Source: an uncultured delta proteobacterium
Lineage (GTDB): Bacteria > Myxococcota_A > Polyangia > Polyangiales > Polyangiaceae
DNA: 64,000 nucleotides
Reading direction: 5' to 3'
Assembly (NCBI GenBank): GCA_963782055.1
Contig: CAWAIF010000003.1
Location: 3,296,001 to 3,360,000 of the forward strand
Shown: piece after piece, positions 61,301-64,000 of the stretch
Layout of the letters: every line of letters begins with the position of its first letter
Position numbering within the stretch: the first letter of the stretch is position 1
Notes under the pieces: model-generated
What the model saw: only the letters and a program-made list of their open reading frames with translations
What the model was told of the DNA's origin: nothing
The model's database searches: none
Translations under genes and position numbers: made by a program

Positions 61301-61729
61301 CTGCTGCCGCTCTTCGTCCAGTTCGGCCGTCGGGTCTACCGGCTGCCGGAGGAGCGCGCGCGCGCCGAGGCGCTGGAGGACTTCCGCGGCCACATGATCG
61401 AGGCGTTCAAGCTGCGCGGACGGGCGACGAGGCTCGGCTACGCGCGCGGCGCGACGGAGGACGGCGGCTGGTTCTATGCCTACGAGAAGGTGTTCCCGTC
61501 CCTCGGCCTGACGGTGGCGCTCGGCTTCAGCGGCAACGCCTTGCCGGAGGAGAACCGGACGGTCGCGCTCGGCGAGGTGCGGTTCGAGCGGCGGCACGGC
61601 CAGCGCGCGGTTGGGGCGAAGCTGGGCGAGGTGCCCGCCGTGCTGCTGAGCGAGGCTCGCGCGGACATGGAGGAGCTGGCGGGGGAGGGGACCGGCTTCG
61701 ACCCCGACTGGAAGAGCAAGGTGCGGTAG
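58304..61729 (+). CDS. Large HEAT-repeat protein with DUF4132-like domain
   Basis: HEAT-like helices; GWTLDELADRTVPTAGLD...LDYGAR.F, HPVLSRLA..VVW, VAHP, F.QFGR.VY pattern recalled for DUF4132. Confidence 0.75.
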   Translation: MKSGFEEALARDLAPLGDDAAKATAFVVRGTDEDVLGRVAGGKLRLKVRDAWGAEGRRALFLLLEQGDAGVLRRLGSVWAAAAKGSGHIPELEAERWVEHVVWESSELSPNHLGPPHTTLDARMLPDDAASLLVRVALTPDEDPKAAFSRNCFATAVLAAPHVGEVLVAHAEEVCAAVEALGASHRATALERLEATKVDPLPLLATLVGLAIGEAKTVRVAALKMLARVPEEARSALRAAALDAGRPAAERTHAVRCLSALGESDAGFFRRLLQDDAAKALKDAAEGALQAARAEVRAEVGDVVVPPLPQSAITAIRALADAWATEAPARLAAHAARFPAFRATAVEPITEEEIAEAVRQASEPDPWTRVPESGLARLFRSTDFREVHRLLARPDLHPVHVARLFRMFNPRVTDEHLLMRLDPILREHRAQAPAPYPLQTVEVAARYAGSATPRVGMLLLTGWPFQWGEEVQRAYLEHNVDVLEAALGVRAVPGLQLAPMYAYYAGDSRRNALEHIAALSQVPPGCAPRLWELALEGPKAERAPAQACVARIPGFEDRLLAAMHQGSQEARAAAARWVGSLRLERAKPALVAALRKEKKDVVRAALMDALEALGEPIDAFVDRAGLAKRAEQVLSKAACPALEWPEIAALPPLRWGDTGEVVGERVVRAWLAEAHKQKSPAASPVMRIYGRSLREDDRRAFAEALLRTWIAHDVEKPGGWSQTGYDKPSTAIGDKGVLALVAALGGREIAPLVAAYLREWYGVRAAQCKALVQMLAWVEDRGAVQVLLATGTRFRTAGIRKEAEAQARELAERKGWTLDELADRTVPTAGLDDRGELELDYGARRFRARLGESLELVLTDDTGAVLKAPPGPRKDEDAAVVKAARAGFARSKKELATILKMQSARFYEAMCTQRAWPAADWKDFVMGHPVLSRLAMGVVWSVEDGGRTASFRPLGDGALSAADHADVPLGDAGVVRVAHPVHLSDAEAAAWLEHLRDFELLPLFVQFGRRVYRLPEERARAEALEDFRGHMIEAFKLRGRATRLGYARGATEDGGWFYAYEKVFPSLGLTVALGFSGNALPEENRTVALGEVRFERRHGQRAVGAKLGEVPAVLLSEARADMEELAGEGTGFDPDWKSKVR

Positions 61730-61913
61730 GCCCATCCCCGCTGTTTCCGGGGCAAACGTCCCACTGCTAGCATGCTCGCAGTCGCGCGTTCCGGCGCGGC
61801 GTGGCGGGCGTGGCTGGGAGGTCGCCGTCACGATCCCCGGCCCCGTCCCCTCCCGGCGGGTGTCGGGAAACCGCCGCGGCCGCCGTCCATGGGCAAGAGG
61901 CCGAGCTTTTGCG

Positions 61914-61942
61914 CTTGACCTCCCCGCGCGCGCAAGTATGTT
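61914..61942 (+). promoter_or_regulatory. Candidate sigma70 promoter for the tRNA pair
   Basis: TTGACC-N16-TATGTT followed by a GC-rich discriminator-like segment (ccgcgcc). Confidence 0.6.
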
Positions 61943-61975
61943 CCGCGCCTGCCTTTTTCCTTACTTTGTGCCTGC

Positions 61976-62047
61976 GGGCGGGTAGCTCAGCGGTAGAGCG
62001 CTGGCCTTACAAGCCGGATGTCGCAGGTTCGAGCCCTGTCCCGCCCA
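61976..62047 (+). tRNA. tRNA-Val(TAC), CCA not encoded
   Basis: Acceptor GGGCGGG/CCCGCCC, D arm TAGCTCAG..GGTAGAGC, anticodon arm CTGGC-CT-TAC-AA-GCCGG, GGTTCGAG T loop. Confidence 0.95.
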
Positions 62048-62090
62048 CGCTTCTCGGGTCGTTCAGGGTCGTCACTCGGTCGTTCACGTT

Positions 62091-62167
<77 letters not shown>

Positions 62168-62250
62168 ACGCAGAGACACTCCGAGAAGTCACGCCGCACG
62201 GGGGGGGCAGCACCCGGCCGCATGGGGCACGAAGCCCTGCGGCCGGTGCG

Positions 62251-62454
62251 TCATGCGTGGGCGTGCCCGGTGTCGCCTTCCCAGCCCTCGATGAGGGCGA
62301 CGGGGAAGAGGGCCAGCAGCGTGGCCGTCAGCACGAAGAGCGCGAACGGCGAGATGAAGGCGAGAGAGAGGACGAACAGCGGCTTCTGCCAGCGCGGCAT
62401 TCCCGCGAAGGTGTGCCGCAAGGCGCGCCAGGGGTGAAGCTTCTCGCGTTTCAT
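62251..62454 (-). CDS. Small membrane protein (67 aa)
   Basis: AAAGGAG SD; MKREKLHPWR...PLFVLSLAFISPFALFVLTATLLALFPVALI...GHAHA. Confidence 0.55.
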   Translation of the reverse strand: MKREKLHPWRALRHTFAGMPRWQKPLFVLSLAFISPFALFVLTATLLALFPVALIEGWEGDTGHAHA

Positions 62455-62672
62455 GGGTGCTCCTTTCTCCGCGCGTGCCGCGGCGGCGTGCGGTCGAGCC
62501 GAGCGTGCGACGAGGAAGCGGCGGATGCTGGAGATCCAAGCATCGCGCGTGCCGCGCGGCCGGTGCGGGCGCGTTGCGGCTGGATCGCCGCTGCCTGACG
62601 GCTGTCGGAGTGTCGACGGCGTGCCGGGCGCGCCGGAATGCCGCTGCGCGGTGCAGACGGTGCGCCCCTGCG

Positions 62673-63035
62673 TCACTGCTTGGTGATCGTGTCGATCATC
62701 CGCCGCCCGTCATCGGTCTCGGTGAAGCGGAAGCTCACGTGGTCGCCCACGGCGATGCGGTCGAGCTGGTGCGTCGTGCGCGGCTCGAAGGACATGGTCA
62801 TCGCCTTCATGTAGCCGGGGATGTCCTCGTGGGCGATGTTGACGAAGTTGCGCGAGGGGCCGAACGACTTGACCACGCCCCGCGCGTCGTAGGTGTGCCC
62901 CTCCAGGAGCGGCGCCTCGTGCTCGCTCCGCGCCTCGTGCGCGGCGAGCGCGGCCGTTCCGGCCACGCAGAGCACCAGCCCCACCGAGAGCAAGATCCCA
63001 CCGAGCTTCGTCATGTGCTTCGTCCCTCGAGTCAT
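62673..63035 (-). CDS. CusF-like periplasmic copper-binding protein
   Basis: Signal peptide; GVVKS..., NIAHEDIPGYMKAMTMSF, VGDHVSFRF. Confidence 0.85.
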   Translation of the reverse strand: MTRGTKHMTKLGGILLSVGLVLCVAGTAALAAHEARSEHEAPLLEGHTYDARGVVKSFGPSRNFVNIAHEDIPGYMKAMTMSFEPRTTHQLDRIAVGDHVSFRFTETDDGRRMIDTITKQ

Positions 63036-63074
63036 GGGTCACCAGTCCTGGCGCATCTTAAGGCAGCGCGCCCG

Positions 63075-63989
63075 TCAAAACCACGTGTGCACCAGCGTCC
63101 AGTTGAGCCCGAGCGTCGCCGGCTGGTTGCGGCCGAGCCCGGGAGGCACCCACGCGATGCCGGTCTGCATGCGCCAGGTGTCGGAGACGGGGAAGACGGC
63201 GCCGGCGCCCAGCGTCAGGGCGTAGCGCTCGGAGTCCGGCGCGTCGCGGCCGTCGATCGTCGCGTCGCCCTCGTAGGCGAAGGACGCCGAGAGGGCGAGC
63301 GCGATGCCCTCGAAGGTCACGTAGGTGAGCGCGCCCAGCACGCTGATCTGCGGTGCCTCGGTCTCGCTGACCGCGCCCACCGTGCGCGAGGTGCGCGCGG
63401 CGAGGATGCCGGAGAGGTCGACCAGCCACGGCCCCAGGGCCTTCTCGAGCGAGAGGCCGCCGTTGATCTGGAAGGCGCCGATGCCGGTGGCGCCCGCGGC
63501 GAGCGGGCCGGACGCGGACTCCGGCGGCACCCCGGTCGGGAAGGTGATCCCGGCGAGGACCGCGATGCCGGGTACGTACTGCTTCTCCGCCGCCTCGAGG
63601 AAGTCGTAGCGCGCGCTCAGGTTGGCGTCGCCGAAGCCGCCGCCGAAGTCGGTCGTCGCGCCGGCCTTGCGCCGCGTCTCGACGAAGGGGACCAGCGCGG
63701 CGATCTGCGCGCGGCGGAAGAGGCGGACGGCCCCGAAGAGGTCCTGCTCCAGGTCCCACTCGGTGGTGCCCGCCGGGGGCGTGACGTAGTGGCCGCCGGC
63801 GTCGAAGGAGCCGACCAGCGAGCCGAGGCGGAGCTGGGCGCCGACGAGCGCCTTCTCGTGCATGGCGAGGCGTCCGGGGGTGACCGCGCCGGTGCCCGCG
63901 CAGCACGCCTGCGCCCTCGCGCTCCGCGCCCCGGAGAGGCACGCGACCGCGAGGGCCAGGCCGACGGCGGCAGCCCTAGCGGACGACAA
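63075..63989 (-). CDS. Putative outer-membrane beta-barrel 'transporter' with N-terminal CC motif
   Basis: Signal peptide then QACCAG; GGFGDANLSARY, FPTG, ATGIGAF; C-terminal aromatic residues (TWF). Confidence 0.55.
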   Translation of the reverse strand: MSSARAAAVGLALAVACLSGARSARAQACCAGTGAVTPGRLAMHEKALVGAQLRLGSLVGSFDAGGHYVTPPAGTTEWDLEQDLFGAVRLFRRAQIAALVPFVETRRKAGATTDFGGGFGDANLSARYDFLEAAEKQYVPGIAVLAGITFPTGVPPESASGPLAAGATGIGAFQINGGLSLEKALGPWLVDLSGILAARTSRTVGAVSETEAPQISVLGALTYVTFEGIALALSASFAYEGDATIDGRDAPDSERYALTLGAGAVFPVSDTWRMQTGIAWVPPGLGRNQPATLGLNWTLVHTWF

Positions 63990-64000
63990 CGCTCAGCACC

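Overview
A very GC-rich bacterial chromosomal window. Gene content points to a myxobacterium, probably Polyangiaceae/Sorangiineae-like (inference): Ser/Thr kinase with TPR and Cys-rich lipoprotein neighbours, a sigma54 activator, a DnaK paralog and a LonV-like protease. Most of it is core genome: 2-oxoacid dehydrogenase E1beta/E2, mutY, dusB, rpsP-khpA-rimM-trmD-SPOUT methyltransferase, queG, meaB, pgi, nth, gyrA, a DUF1998 helicase, lspA-lgt, folD, parAB, tig-clpP-clpX-lon, tRNA-Val and tRNA-Asp, and a CusF-type copper locus at the right edge. I see no integrase, transposase, phage gene or CRISPR-cas. The most notable items are: (1) a 47-bp spacer-less tandem array of tri-loop hairpins, with a diverged solo copy upstream of dnaK that shows compensatory base changes; (2) a TPR protein whose C-terminus resembles an archaeal/eukaryotic TFIIB cyclin repeat, lying in a long minus-strand run with an ECF sigma factor and a J-protein/DnaK/winged-helix module; (3) two microprotein ORFs divergent from parAB, followed by a structured 3' UTR that exposes an anti-Shine-Dalgarno sequence; (4) operator-like repeats and a G-quadruplex-like tract ahead of a MarR gene. 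Single-base frameshifts in khpA and nth (possibly also mutY and the kinase) suggest assembly indels. All calls come from reading motifs by eye; no database searches were run.
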